The notes: generated from the letters alone by a model not told the origin. A stretch of DNA of 64,000 bases from Lytechinus pictus (GCF_037042905.1 NC_087250.1:9612001-9676000); one strand, 5' to 3'. Shown: positions 1 through 13,250, numbered from the stretch's first letter. A program made the numbers and translations.

Positions 1-253
1 AGCAAGTTTTGTATGTGCTAGTCTTTGCGTGGAGGCACACTTGTTGATCAAAGTTCCAATGAGGGTCTGTGCCTGCAGACTAGGCACCACCACAGTGTAA
101 CTGGGCAGAAATGCTGTATGTGCCGCTCTGATCCCCTTTTTTTCTATACTATACTTGCACCCCCTTAACATTTCAAGTCCCAACTAGACCTGTACTTTAA
201 CTCGCCAGCATCTAGCTAAGTAGCAAGTGATTGCTGGGGGAATTCTGAATGAT

Positions 254-1338
254 AACTGGCAACATGATTGAAAATGTGATTACAAAACACGGATATAATG
301 AGAAAGGATGTGTCCAATGTCCTCCGTTCCCGGTCGTAAGTGGGCTGTAAATGGGTGATTTGTGGTTTTACTGTGGCAACAGTTTTTTTGTGTTCCTTTT
401 ACCTTATCTCAACATGAAATGACAATATTTGTTGTCTCAGGTCCGAGAAAAAGGGGTCCGGACCAAAATCCAAAATGGCCGCCAAAACCCCCCCAAATCA
501 CAGTTTTGGCCACTACTTCTTTATTTTGTGGTATTTTCCTCTGGTGTTGGTGTCTGTTCATATGGTTTTGGGGGGCAGGCAATTTGTTTTTCCTAAAATT
601 AGTACCTTTAAACCATTATTTGTAGAGTTAAAAGGTGATTTTTTGTCACTGTGCGCCAAACTGATGCCTGTTACCATGGTGAGATACACTATTTTATTAA
701 TGAGTCCACTGTTTGAACAGTGAACTCATGAATAAAATAGTGTGGATATCCACAGCAACAGGCGTCAATTTGGCGCATTGTGACAAAAGCACGCATCAGC
801 ATTGGAATTTTTTATACACGCGCCCGATACGCGCTAAATTAAGCGTAATTTATACAAGAAATCAGCATAAACCATGGACTCAACCGTGGGTTTTCAAAAC
901 CACCTTTGGGAATTCGGGCCAATGAGAAACAAAGGATATGCCCAAACAGTCCAATGTCCTCCGTTCCCGTTCCGTTAAAAGTAAACGTCTTTCAAATCAT
1001 GATTCCGAGGAAAATTTAAATGTTGAAAAAGATGCGTTTGTTAACGTCATCAGCACAAATTTTACGACCTTGAGCGTCACAAATGCGTCATTGAACACAA
1101 TTGAGTTTTGAAATTTTTTACATTTGCTCTCGCATTGGAAGCCTACACAAACAGGTGCCAAAACTGACGTTGTGATGGGTCAAACTGCGCACAAGCTGCG
1201 CTAACGAAAGCAGAAAATTTAAAGACTAGTAACATATAAACGGCTTCAATATTTTTTACACTGAACGGTGCACTGCTGATCATGTTTGCGTTTGGTATTT
1301 TGTAATTGAGTTTTCAATCATGATCCATGTTGCTGTTT
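254..1338. mobile_element. Putative non-autonomous DNA transposon with imperfect TIRs and an internal 21-bp direct repeat
   Basis: Left end gcaacatgattgaaaa versus right end ttttcaatcatg..catgttgc. The sequence gtccaatgtcctccgttcccg occurs at 312-332 and 949-969. Confidence 0.4.
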
Positions 1339-1865
1339 AAATGTGAAAATCAACATTGAACACCCCGAGTTTGCTACAATACAGGGAGCATCTAATCTCT
1401 TATAAAGCAGCCATTAACTCATTGCTACAGCATATGATGTTCCTTGCAGTATGCTGTCAATTCTGAATGGTATTGCAATGTTTATATTTTACAATTTGCT
1501 GACAAACAATATAACAGCTCGCTTTCTTGGAGGCGTGACACTGACATTGGCATTTCGAATGCGGATTTTGATTGAAATCGTTGGAGGGTTTTTTTAATGG
1601 TAAAATGGATGAATACCTTTCTAAACATTTATTTTTGACCTAGATGGGCTTTGATGCCCCCACCTACTTATATTGTAGTGGATGACTGATCACTAAACAA
1701 TTAGTAGGAAATCGCTGCACAGGGTGCATTCCATTACAACAGATTTCTATTGATTTCTGAAAGCGAATATTCAAAATATGTCAAGTTCATTCGGACGTGC
1801 ATGTACATGTATGCATCTGAAATAGTGAATTTTGACATTTAGTTCAATAGCTGTGTGGTGTTTGC

Positions 1866-1950
1866 ATAATATGTCTGTAAAGCGCTTAGAGACGTCATTC
1901 CGATGTATTAAGCGCTATATAAATGTGGAATATTATTATTATTATTATTG
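1866..1950 (+). mobile_element. Isolated 3' tail of an L2-type SINE/LINE
   Basis: tctgtaaagcgcttagagacgtcattccgatgtattaagcgctatataaa..(tta)n is nearly identical to the SINE tail at 41457-41533. Confidence 0.75.
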
Positions 1951-1989
1951 CTTTAGAAGTAAGATGTGCAACAATTGAAGCGAACTGAA

Positions 1990-2260
1990 GTTGTAAAGCC
2001 ACTTTGGAAAATCACCTGGCGATGTGGTTTTCAAGATCGCTTTTTCGTCTCAAGCTACTCTGAATGTAGACGAGGACACGATCGTTCTTCAGAGCATGTG
2101 ACCCCACTAAGATAGTTCCCATAGCAACAAGACCACTTTACTTGAAGTGGTTTTTGGAAACCAGTTCAGGAGATGGTGATGCGGATGCGAGCAAAGCGAT
2201 CTTCTAAACTTGCTTTTAAAGGGAAACCAGTTCCTTTCAGTAAACTTTCTGGTCACTTAC
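1990..2260 (-). mobile_element. Diverged inverted copy of the 7090/44512 MITE family
   Basis: The reverse complement shares gcgatcttgaaaac.acatcgc.aggtg.ttttccaaa, cttgttgctatgg and gaagatcgctttgct. Confidence 0.7.
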
Positions 2261-2704
2261 GGGGCTTTGACAATCGCTTTTGCGATAGTTTGTGCGATCA
2301 TTTGGTCACAATATATGTTGCACACAATCGCAACGGCTGTAAGCAGTCGCATCACCAATTGTGAAAGGGGCTTTGGAAATGATTTCCCCTGCTATTCAGT
2401 CAAATATGACTAAGAAGTACCATCTGAGAGTTGTATGATACATGTATGTCTTTGAATATTTCATGCCTTCATGTACATATGTAGGCCTACATGTAGAATT
2501 TAGATACTCGCAACGCTGTTTAGAATTGTTATATCTACATGCAATCATAAAGAGGAACCCCCCCCCCCCCAGTACACAACACACCATGTACATACTTGAA
2601 AGAAAAAAAATTGTATTTGAAAAATAGGAAAAGAGAGATAAGAAGTCAAACAATACAAATGAAAATGTTCACACTAATAGATAGAATGAGGGACAAAGAA
2701 TGGG

Positions 2705-2950
2705 GCTGAAAGAGAGGGAGAGAGAGAGAGAGAGGGGGAGAGAGAGTGTGTAACATCACTGAGGCTAAAGCATGGGTGTCATCTCAAAAGTAGTGTATAC
2801 TGGGTCTTTCATTTGGGTTTATCAGTATCAGGGAAAGAGAGAGAGAGAGAGAGAGAGAAAGTGATAGAGGAAAAGAGATAAGAGACAATGTGAGAAAGAA
2901 ATTAAATACAGTTTGATAAAGGGGGGGGGGGGGGGTAGAGAGAGAGAGAG
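2705..2950. repeat. (GA)n and poly-G simple repeats
   Basis: Seen directly in the sequence. Confidence 0.85.
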
Positions 2951-3229
2951 CTTGAGAGTGCAAATAATACACTGACAGCATAAGGATAGCGAGAGTGTTT
3001 CATATGCGATTATCTTGTGGAGGATTTCAGTTCGGAAATAATGCCCGTGTTAAGTCTGGCAAGTGGTGGAAACGGCCCTTCACAATGGGTTGAGTAGGTA
3101 AATCTGTGCTGACTCTTGGAGGCGAATCCCATTGATCTGGAGAGAGCCCCCATTGTTCAAAGGTATGCCTTGGGGACAATGGTGTATGGGGGAATACAGA
3201 GGGGTTCTTGTTATTGTGAGTGGAGTCCT

Positions 3230-4310
3230 ATCCTGTGAGTGAAAGAGGGTCCTCTGAATGTGTGTGTGTGTATTCTGGTGGTGGAAGAGAGTGTTCATAA
3301 TGTGTGTGTGTATCTTGTAAATGGGAGAGGGTCCTCTGATTGTGTGTGTGTATCCTGGTAGTGGAAGAGAGTGTTCATAATGTGTGTGTGTATCTTGTGA
3401 GTGGAAGATGGTCCTCTGATTGTGTGTGTGTATCCTGGTAGTGGAAGAGAGTGTTCATAATGTGTGTGTGTATCTTGCGAGTGGGAGAGGGTGTTCATAA
3501 TGTGTGTGTGTATCTTGTGAGTGGGAGAAGGTCCTCTGATTGTGTGTGTGTATCCTGGTAGTGGAAGAGAGTGTTCATAATGTGTGTGTGTATCTTGCGA
3601 GTGGGAGAGGGTGTTCATAATGTGTGTTTGTGTGTATCCTAGGAGCAAAAGAAGGTGTCCATGTGTGTGTGTGTGGGTCTTGCAAGTGGAAGAGGGTGCT
3701 CATAATGTTTGCATGTGTATCATGCGAGTGGGAGAGGGTGTACATAAAGTGTGTGTGTGTGTCCATGCAGGGAGCAGAAGAGGGTGTTCATAATGTGTGT
3801 TTGTGTGTATTCTGGGAGCAGAAGAGGGTGCTTATAAGGTGTGGGTGTGTATCGTGGGAGCAGAAGAGGGTGTTCATAATGTGTGTGTGTATCTTGTGAG
3901 TGGGAGAGGGTGTTAATAAATTGTGTATGTGTGTGTATCGTGGGAGCAGAAGAGGGTGTTCATAATGTGTGTGTGTGTATCAAGGGAGCAGAAATGGGCG
4001 TTCATAAGGTGTACGTGTGTATCCTGGAAGTGTAAGAGATTGTTCATGTGTGTGTGTGTATCTTGCGAGTGGGAGAGGGTGTTCCTAATGTGTGTGTGTG
4101 TGTATCCTGGGGGTGGAAGAGGGTGTTCGTAATGTCTGTGTGTGTGTGTATCTTGCGAGTGGGAGAGGGTGTTCCTAATGTGTGTGTTTACATCTTGGGA
4201 GCAAAAGAGAGTGTTCCTAATATGTGTGTATCCTGGGAGCGGAAGAGGGTGTTTATAATGTGTGTGTATCCTGGGGGTGGAAGAGGGTGTTTGTATTGCA
4301 TGTGTGTGTC
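3230..4310. repeat. About 40-bp minisatellite ((tg)n-tatcttgcgagtgggagagggtgttcataa)
   Basis: About 25 tandem units, with an exact 40-bp period between 3301 and 3620. Confidence 0.95.
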
Positions 4311-7089
4311 TGTGTTGGGGATTTTACAGACCTATGAATCAGTTGTATGATTTTCATCTCCACGTGACTCTGCCTATGAAGTCGAATCTGTTGGAGTACA
4401 GAAATCTTTTTGACTGAAGATAAAAATTTGACTTCAGTATGTACCTAACTATACGAAATAATTTTATGCACTAATGTAGCAATGCCCCTGCCTCATTTCA
4501 CAATCCACAAAAAGTTTTTTTTTCTTCAGTGGTAGGCCCTTTCCATGTACAAGTATGTCTGCCACAAGTTCCAGTGATCTGCAGTCGAATCGGTCTTCCA
4601 TAGAGAAAGGACAGACATGAATGTCCTGAGTAATGCTTTGGGGAAGTACTGATTCATGATTCATGAAAGTGCCCTGTGGTTGTGTAACCATCTTTTCTTT
4701 TCTGATAGGTGATTTTTCCATTACAGTGTTTGTGTTCTCTGGTAGCAAAAACTTCAGTACAACTTACTCATTTGCATTAAACAGTTCTTGATATATATGT
4801 GCATGTGGTGGTGAAATGTAGGTACATGTATTTGAGCTTGTGCATTTCTTTTCTTCTGGACAGAAAATACAAGATATTTTATTTTGTCTTTGCAAACATG
4901 ATGATTGCAAATAAATTTGTTTTCCAGTGGTATAATTACAATAGACATTTATGAACAGAACAGAACCAAGAAACAAATAAATTACATGTGCTCATTTATC
5001 AAGCAGATACAAAAAAAACTTCAAGCAGAAATTATGATTTGTGTGTGAATGCAGAATAAGAATGTCGAAAAGAATGCTTCCACTGCGGCCTGTTTTATCA
5101 TTTCGAGGCAAATGCTTCTATGACACGTACATGTACGGAAGGGGACGTCAAGTTTGGGTGCACAGATTTTCAACCCTTTAGGAGAGTGAGTCCACATATA
5201 TGCGCTCTTCAGTCTATAGAATTAGAAAACATGTTTTATGAAATCATTCAGTCTCCAACCGATTTAAAGAGAATTTTTGTGGTACGCCAATTTAACTGAT
5301 GATTGATGAAGAACAAGTGTATGTGTGTGTATGTGGGGGAGGGGGGAAGAGAACCACAAAAAAGATTATTGTTGTGGTCGAAATCGGTTCATCACCTTGC
5401 AATAATATTTTTTTCTGCTTTCCATTTGCATCATTCATTAAAAAGTCCCATTCATACAAGGCAATATTCATACTGAAAGCAAACCTGAACCTTGCACAAC
5501 ATGATGAAATGTCATTATGGTGTGAAAGGCTTGAATGAGAAATCTTCTTCAAAATAGTGAAATCAGATGAAGTCTACGAATCAAGGGAAATGATCAGGAA
5601 ATACAATTACAATGGCACTAGCGAATTTGTCACATGAATGTCCTAAGAGAGCCCTTGGAAATCCCTTTGGGCCTAATGTAAATTGTAATACATGTACAAC
5701 AACTTTGGCTAATCTGCCGTACTTTGGCAAAAGGAAGCAAGTTACAAAAGTATAATTTGTTGCAAATGAGCAATGTGTGTTTGTCATTTACATAGGTGTC
5801 AATGCAATTTTACAGTCATATTTTCTTCAATATCTTTTTTATAGAACAATCATTTCTTCTAATAAGTCAAATTTGACTGATGTGTCACTTGCTTCCTTTT
5901 GCCAAAGTTGGGCAGCAATAGTAATACAGTACATTATATGTATTTTTGTATTCCTCTTCTTGGTTGACTAAACAATGATTTTGAATAATCTGAATGGGGA
6001 TACATGCAGAGGGTCAAATCATCATTCATAAGACTTAAAGATGCGAACTGTGGTTAAGGTACATGTACTGAATCCATGAAGCCATTCAAGACAAAGTAAC
6101 CAGCTTTTCTGATCTGATTTGGCTCGATAAATTTGATGCACTGCCCTAAAAAGAGACATGAGAACCCTTGAAAAAAGTGTGAGAAAAAAATCCATGCATA
6201 TCCAAGCATTTACTGGGCCATTTTTATTTTGTTATTTGGAGGGAAAAGGTGGGAAGCCCCCCCCAACCCATTCAAGTGATGAACAATTTTTTTCTACATA
6301 TTTCTGAAATGCCATCAACAATCAGAAATATAATATTATATAATTCTGTAGTCAACAGGTTGATATATTTTGATTAGCCTACTTATAATCCAACTGATTA
6401 ATTTGTATTCAACCATGCTTTATGTTTTAGGTTGCCAGTTTACCACTCAAGACTTGTAGCACTGATTTTTCCCCGATGGGTTGGGTTGGCACTGATAGTC
6501 ACTGTCGCCTCCCCAGGAGGATCAATCTTCATCAGCCATTCTTTTTTAAAAGTTATCATGCCATTTCTATTTAGTACATCATTTTGATTAGAACAATCAT
6601 GTGAACAAATGAAATAAAATCTATAAACTGATTAGGGCTTAGTTACGTGCACCCCCCCCCCCCTCCCCTTAGAGAAGAAGATACCCCCAAATATGAAATT
6701 AGCAGCCAATTTTAGGGTTGATCGCCCTTACCTTTTATCCTTTTTTATTCATCTAATTTTCAATGAGGAGGATGTAAATTATATCCTAAAGCCACCTGTG
6801 ATGCCCCCTTATAGTCGCAGAGGAATCCATCCTTTGACGATCGTTGGAAATGTCAACTAGGCGTAAGGCTGATGGAGACATGGCTTGGGTGTACACTGTA
6901 TTATCTCTTTCAACCTTGTTTCATGCTCGGTTAAATCTCAGACAATAGACCAGCATTCCCTGTCTTCTCGAACAATATTTCACCCTCTATCTAAGTCCCA
7001 CAATGCATGGTGCATTTAGTGAGTCAGTCTATGGAGATTCTCAGGAATGCACTTCAATGTACATGACTATGTACTTTTTTATTCTAAAA

Positions 7090-7552
7090 GAGGCCGTTCT
7101 CATTACGCTTTCTAGAACTAGTTTACTGGAAACCGATTCAGGAAACCACTTGGAAGATCGCTTTGCTAGCGTTCCCACTTGATCACACGAAAGTGGTTTT
7201 CAAAATCACTTCACGTAAAGCGCTCTTGTTGCTATGGAAACGCTCTCAGTGGGGTGACACGTTTCGCGCAAAATTCGAAACCGCAGCATAGGCATTCTAC
7301 ACCTGTCGTGTGGAGTAGCGCGCTCAAAATGTGCGAAGATCGCTTCCCGAAGAACGGTTGTGTCCTCACTTACGCTAAAACCAGTTTAACGAGGCAAAGC
7401 GATCTTGAAAACTACATCGCGAGGTGGTTTTCCAAACTGGTTTGGAAGATCGCTTCCAAGACCGCTTCGACCGTTCTCACTATGCGTTAAACTAGTTTCC
7501 ACTAAACTAGTTTCCAGTAAACTAGTTTTAGGAACGTAGTGAGAACAGCCTC
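7090..7552. mobile_element. MITE, about 460 bp, with about 40-bp TIRs
   Basis: gaggccgttctcattacg..ctagaactagtttactggaaac / gtttccagtaaactagttttaggaacgtagtgagaacagcctc. A second full copy lies at 44512-44956. Confidence 0.9.
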
Positions 7553-7584
7553 AAAGTTGAAATATACACTTCTCTCATTTTTAC

Positions 7585-8165
7585 ATTGATGCCTGGTCAG
7601 GCTAGCTTGTTATTAAAGTTGCAATGATTGATCGCGATATAACTCCACCCGCCCCCTTTTAACTGATTTTCAGATTTGTTGTAAACGACATCTGTGTGAT
7701 TTGCACATCAGTGCTTGATTAGACTGACTTGTTATCATTGCTGCAGTGCCTGATCATTGCGATTGAAATCAGCTCTTTTCAACAAGTGAAATCAGCTCTT
7801 TACTGCTGATTCCACATACATCGGAAACTGTAATTCTGTAGTTTTCATATTGACACGGGTCAGATTGACTTGTTATCAATCCCGTAACACTTGATAGCAA
7901 TAAAAGTACAACCACCTCGTCACTGATTCCCCATTTGTTGGAAAATGTACTTCTGTCACTTTCAATCCACGCTTGACCAGACTGTCTTGTTATCAATGCT
8001 GGAATGCCAGATCATGATTTTTGGTTGAAACCAGCTCTTTTTCACTGATTCCACGTTCATTGGAAACTGTACTTCTGTAAATTTCATATTGATGCCGGAT
8101 TAGAGTCTCGCTATCATAGGTGAAACAAGTGATCGCGATAGACGTGCATCCACCTCCTTTTTATT
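7585..8165. repeat. Degenerate tandem repeat of about 120 bp (about 5 units)
   Basis: Recurrent blocks ctgattcc..ggaaactgta.ttctgt and cagactg.cttgttatca. Confidence 0.7.
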
Positions 8166-9056
8166 GAATTCCATACTTGTCAATAGCTCCCGACTCGGAC
8201 AGGGTTCAATTAGCTTTAATACTATCATTTTCCTGGGATACATGTACATTTGTTTACATTAATTTAAAGAGTTTCAACCCAAATGGATGTTATTTGATCA
8301 ACATTTGCTTGACTTGTGTAAAATTAAATGCTCGGACAAATGGTTGGATAAAGGAAAGCTCACTTGGATATAAAGGTATGTTGTTTAAACCTCTTATTTT
8401 AGGTAGTAATGTCAGTTTATAGAAATTTCTGTATGGCTTGTGCCTTGTTTCCATGTTGTGACCGCCAAAACCTTACAGATCATTTCTGCATATTTTACTA
8501 ATAAATCAAAATAAACAAAAAACTATTTTTCAAAATGATCAGACTAAATTGTTCATGATTAAAGCACTGAATTAAGCAGTAATTAGACTTTCTGTGAATT
8601 CATATATGAAAAATATATTTTGCCATTGCTATGTTAGACCATACTTGATCATGATGTTTAGTTCTGATTATTCTGTTAATTAAAGTGAGAAATGAATGAA
8701 TATTGCTCTTAGTTGTCAACTTAGATACCAGTAGCTCTGTGAATAATTATCAAAAGCTCACAGAAAACAAATTAAGGAATTCATAGAATTTAATTGCAAT
8801 ATAATATTGTTTTTAGGTCAAATATTTTGAATTGTGAAAAATGCAGGTAAAGCCAGGAAAATCAATTCAGAACCCAATTAAAAAAAATATCATGAATAAG
8901 TAAAGACCTGCTTGCAGTGTTTGGCATACATGATTTCCAACTTTTATTTGGAAACTTTTTACAATATTTTACAACTTTTTTAACGCACATATAAAAGGTG
9001 TTTTGATAATTATCACTTTGTGTTTCTCTGTGCTCTGCAGTTGACACACTTATTAA

Positions 9057-9650
9057 AAGCCAAGTCCACCCCAGAAAAACTTCGATTTGAATTAATTGAG
9101 AAAAATCCAACACGCATAGCACTGAAATTTCATCAAAATCGGATGTAAAATAAGAAAGTTATAACATTTTAAAGTTTTGATTATTTTTCACAAAACAGTT
9201 ATATGCACAACTAAGTGACATGCAAATGAGAGAGTCAATGATATCCCTCACTCATTATTACTTTTCTATTCAATATTTTAATTTTTTGCATAGTTGACAA
9301 TAAGAGCAAACTTCTCTGTACAGTGTACCATAAACTATTACATTTGTAACTCTACATGTTCATGGAAAAATAAAACTTTGTTTCACATGACATTGATGAG
9401 AAAATTAGAATATTTCATATTTGTAATAAAATACAAAAGAAATAGTGAGTGGCATCATCGGTCCCTTCATTCCCACACCGACCAAGATGTGCTTATACAT
9501 GTAATTGTTTTGTGAAATCAAGCAAAAGTTAAACATTACATTTTTGGAACTTTCTTTTTACATCCAATTCTGATGAAATATTCAGTGTTAAGTTTGTTGG
9601 ATTGTTCTCTTTTTGTTCAAATCAACTTCTTGTTGCGGTGGACTTGCCCT
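9057..9650. mobile_element. TTAA-flanked MITE with long TIRs (Kolobok-like)
   Basis: TTAA|aagccaagtccacc...ggtggacttgccct|TTAA. The internal gaaatttcatcaaaatcggat is shared with the 60650 element. Confidence 0.85.
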
Positions 9651-10234
9651 TTAAGAAATAAGTATTTGCAGTTGTATTGAGAGATAATTGGTTTCTATGA
9701 TTCAGTGCTTGAAATATTTCAAATAAAACCAAAGGTTCTTCATGTGTGCTTATCTCACTTGAAAAGACCAAAGCTGTCCCAAACTGAATGGGATTCAGAA
9801 ATGCTTTATAAAGACATTTCGTTCACAAGGTCATTTTTAAGCTGATCCGAAAAAGTAAATACAAATTGCAAATTTCATCCGCTACGTCATTAGATTTGTT
9901 CATTTACCTATAACGGCTTTTAAGAAGCCCCTTTTCATGTAGTCATACAATGCATATAAGATAAAGGGTCTGTTCCCATAAAATACAAACATCAATCGAA
10001 AATATTTCAATATCTTTTATTTAGTTTTTTTAAAGTGAATGTTTACAATTATTTGATAGTAGATCATATATGTTTAGAATGATTTTTAGTACATTTCTAT
10101 AATAAATGCCACAGACAAAACAATATGTTATGCTTGTTATGTAATGGAAATGGTATTATAGGAATGATACATGTATGTACATGTATGCATAAGGAAACAA
10201 AAAATCAAAGGAAATGCCTTGAAAGAGGTGAACG

Positions 10235-10704
10235 AATACAAATATAACACCTACTCTTAAACAATTGCACGGGCTCCCCATTACATTCCGTATACAATTC
10301 AAAATTCTACTCCTAACATTCAAATCTCTTCATGGACATGCTCCAAAATATCTCTCTGAATTAATCCAGGCATATACTCCCAGTAGGTCCCTTAGTTCCT
10401 GCAAATCAAAATGTCTTAACAGCCAAAAAAGCTAAAACTAAAATCTTTGGTGATAGGTCCTTTTCAAGCACTGCCCCACGTCTTTGGAACACTCTTCCAG
10501 CTTCCCTCCGTTGCATCCCAAATATCACATCATTTCAATCCAATATATAGACGTATCTCATGAAGAAAGCATATTCAGCATAGCCCCGTTTACAGTGTCC
10601 TTGATTTTCTGTATTTTTTTGTTATTTTTTAGTTATATGATTCCTTGTAAAGCGCTTTGATATGATTTCATGAAAAGTAAGACTATTAAAAGTTATTATT
10701 ATTA
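10235..10704 (+). mobile_element. 5'-truncated L2-clade LINE (ORF2 C-terminus plus 3' tail)
   Basis: Translates ITPTLKQLHGLPITFRIQFKILLLTFKSLHGHAPKYLSELI..Y.PSRSL.S and, after a frameshift, FGDRSFSSTAPRLWNTLPASLR. Tail is tgtaaagcgctttga...(tta)n. Confidence 0.9.
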
Positions 10705-11370
10705 ACATAAAATCATAGTGTATGTTTGATTCTAAATCTACAGAGGACAGCCCTCCTTTAATAGAATATGCCAGTAGGAACAGGCCGTCTTCCTCACTAA
10801 AGGATATTTGAGAAGATAATAAAAGATCGAGGTGCTACTTGTTGGCTAGGCCCGCCCGGCCAAAGTACGATGGCCGCCCTTTGGCCGTCATTGTTTGCTT
10901 TCGATAACGCCACACTGACACCATGCATGTACTATCTATAGAAACTTCTCACTTGTGGAAATTTAATTATAAGCAAGATGAATGCAATACTGCCATACTG
11001 GAATATTTGGTCTTTGATTATACAGTATATGCACGGTGACGGTACAGATACCAATATACTTTGTCCCTTAAAACGTATTTGAATGCCAGTTAACAATATG
11101 AAATACGTTCAAACAGAATTAAAAACAATGACCACCAAAGTTAAGTGTTTTAAAAAGTGCCAAATTATTTTGTTAGGGGAAAAAGGTGTAATTTCTGAGA
11201 ATTCGACCACACAAACATGGTATTTCAGCAAGATGTTGGATCGTTCTCCAAGCAACAATGGTACATAGTCCCACATGTGCTTATCTCTGTTGGGGATCTC
11301 CAGAGTGGTTGCATTTTCAGCTTAGATAAGTTCACTGTGGCAAATCTACATGTAGATCTACTATGACAGA

Positions 11371-11850
11371 CTAGGTGGTTTCAGACCGACTCGAAGTTCG
11401 TTAGTTCCAGGTATTTTCTGATCGTGAAATTCACCCCGATCAGAAAATACCAGGAATATTGGCAATGTGAAAGCCAATTATGCATAATCTCCCCGAAAGA
11501 AAATACCCACTAAATAGTAGGTACTTGTCAGAATTACGAGAACTTTCACAGGGATTTTTCCAACGTCGCAGGTATTTTGGCAATGTGAAAGCAATTTACG
11601 GGAACTTTTAGCCCAGCATGTAGTTAGGCGCGGGTGCCGTGGGTTGCTGCTGAGCTAGTGATTTTGAATCTCGCGCCTTGCCTGCTAATCAAACCATACT
11701 GCGCTTGGTCGTATCTTTAGGAACTTATCTCGAAGGGTATGTTTTGGGGTGGTGTGATTCTAGGAATGATTAATGGGTATTTTTTAGCCTAAGAAAGTTC
11801 TTGTAATTTAACAGGGATTCTTATGATCGAGGCGGTTTGAAACCACCTAG
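11371..11850. mobile_element. MITE, about 480 bp
   Basis: TIRs ctaggtggtttcagaccg.ctcga / tcgaggcggtttgaaaccacctag. Internal direct repeat ttggcaatgtgaaagc. Confidence 0.85.
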
Positions 11851-12681
11851 TGACAATTAACACTGATGTACAGACATTCTCATGAAACTGGTGCTTCTAC
11901 AAAATTAATAATCTTAAATCTAATGTATGTACATTTACGACCAGTAGGGAATCGTGGTATAAATAAACTGCACAATTAAACATGCTTGTTGAAAAAACTT
12001 TTTGTAGGTGAATTTAATTTCTTTGTTTGAACACAACCTTGGCTTATAAACTGATGTGAATGTATGTGGAAATGAATATCAACTTCGCAGACATGAGAAT
12101 GTGGGAAATCTTGTCAAAATTGTTAACCTTGATCGATCTATACAATGTTATGATTGCCTAGCAGTGGAGAATGGCATATCTCTTCTGTTCAATTTTCCCC
12201 TCCGTTAAGTCCAATGTGGGCTGAATAAAAATGAATGTTTACCTGTTTTTATTCTTAGAGAATGTGGTGATCTCGAGTTCTGTTTAAATCGTCTGCAAGA
12301 CACCATGTGGTCTGTCGACGATTTTAACAAGAAATTATGAAATACAGAAATTGATATTTCCTTTCAGTTAATACCAGAATGGTCTTAATACAAGTTCATG
12401 TAGATCACAATTCACAACAGATCTATGTATACTTTACAATTCATAAAAAGGGTGTCTTTCCTTGTTGCAATTTGTAATCCAATGAATTCAATTGTAATAA
12501 CCATCATCAATGCAAATTTGCCATTTTTCTAACTTCAAACTGCAATGATCCATTCAGGTGACTGTTTCAACTGTAAAAAGAAAAATACAACAACAAAAAA
12601 GGAAAACAATTCTGATATGATATTCAAGGATGAAAAGTTGATGAAATAAATGAAGACTGAAAATAATTTGGTTTAGTTATT

Positions 12682-13250
12682 TCATATCTTCAGCTGATGT
12701 ATATATGCAGGTTGGTGGTTCTACACTATGTGTATTGGTCAGATACACTTCTTACAGTGGGGTACCCCAAGGGTCTAATCTGGGTCCTAATTATTTATGG
12801 ACAAAAGGCAAATTTATTGTCACTAATAATAATAATAATATACATGTAGGGTATTTGTATTGCGCACATATCCACCTTGTTAGGTGCTCAAGGCGCTCCT
12901 ATATTACCCGGCTAAGCTAGGCGTTCATAGCGCACACAGCTTTTAAAGCAATTACTTCCTACCGGTACCCACTAACACTCTTATTTCACATCTTCAGCTG
13001 ATGTGCGGGTTGAGGGTTTACAGATTTGTACTAGTCAGATATGATGGTCACATTAGGGCTTCCCCCAAGGATCTTATCTGGGTCCTCTTGTTTCTGTTCA
13101 CATCTACATTCTTCTTTCACATCTTCTGATGTATGTGCGGGTTGAAGGTTTACAGATTTTGATCAATCAGATACATGTAATAAATGGTGGTTACATACAT
13201 GTAAGGGCTTCCCCAAGGGTCTTATTTTGGTCTTCTTGTTTCTCATGAAG
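12682..13250 (+). pseudogene. Three tandem decayed copies of a CR1/L2 reverse transcriptase motif segment (GVPQGSxLGPLLF)
   Basis: Copy 1 reads SGVPQGSNLGP. Copies 2 (12986) and 3 (13116) share the flanking DNA and ccccaagg.tctta..tgg.tc.tcttgtttct. Confidence 0.7.
12823..12972 (-). mobile_element. 5'-truncated SINE (3' half)
   Basis: Near-identical to 40234-40381. Confidence 0.9.

Noticed and set aside
3080..4350. Cys/Val-rich and His/Thr-rich ORFs, and a superficial CRISPR-like periodicity
   Set aside because: They come from a 40-bp minisatellite with no unique spacers, in eukaryotic DNA.
7179..7490. 103-aa ORF with a paralogue at 44602-44909
   Set aside because: It lies inside a MITE, the frame is not preserved between copies and it has no transposase motif.
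8100..8380. Possible 5' UTR exon ending aag|gtatgt (also candidates near 3000-3100)
   Set aside because: Donor-like motifs alone cannot support an exon without transcript data.
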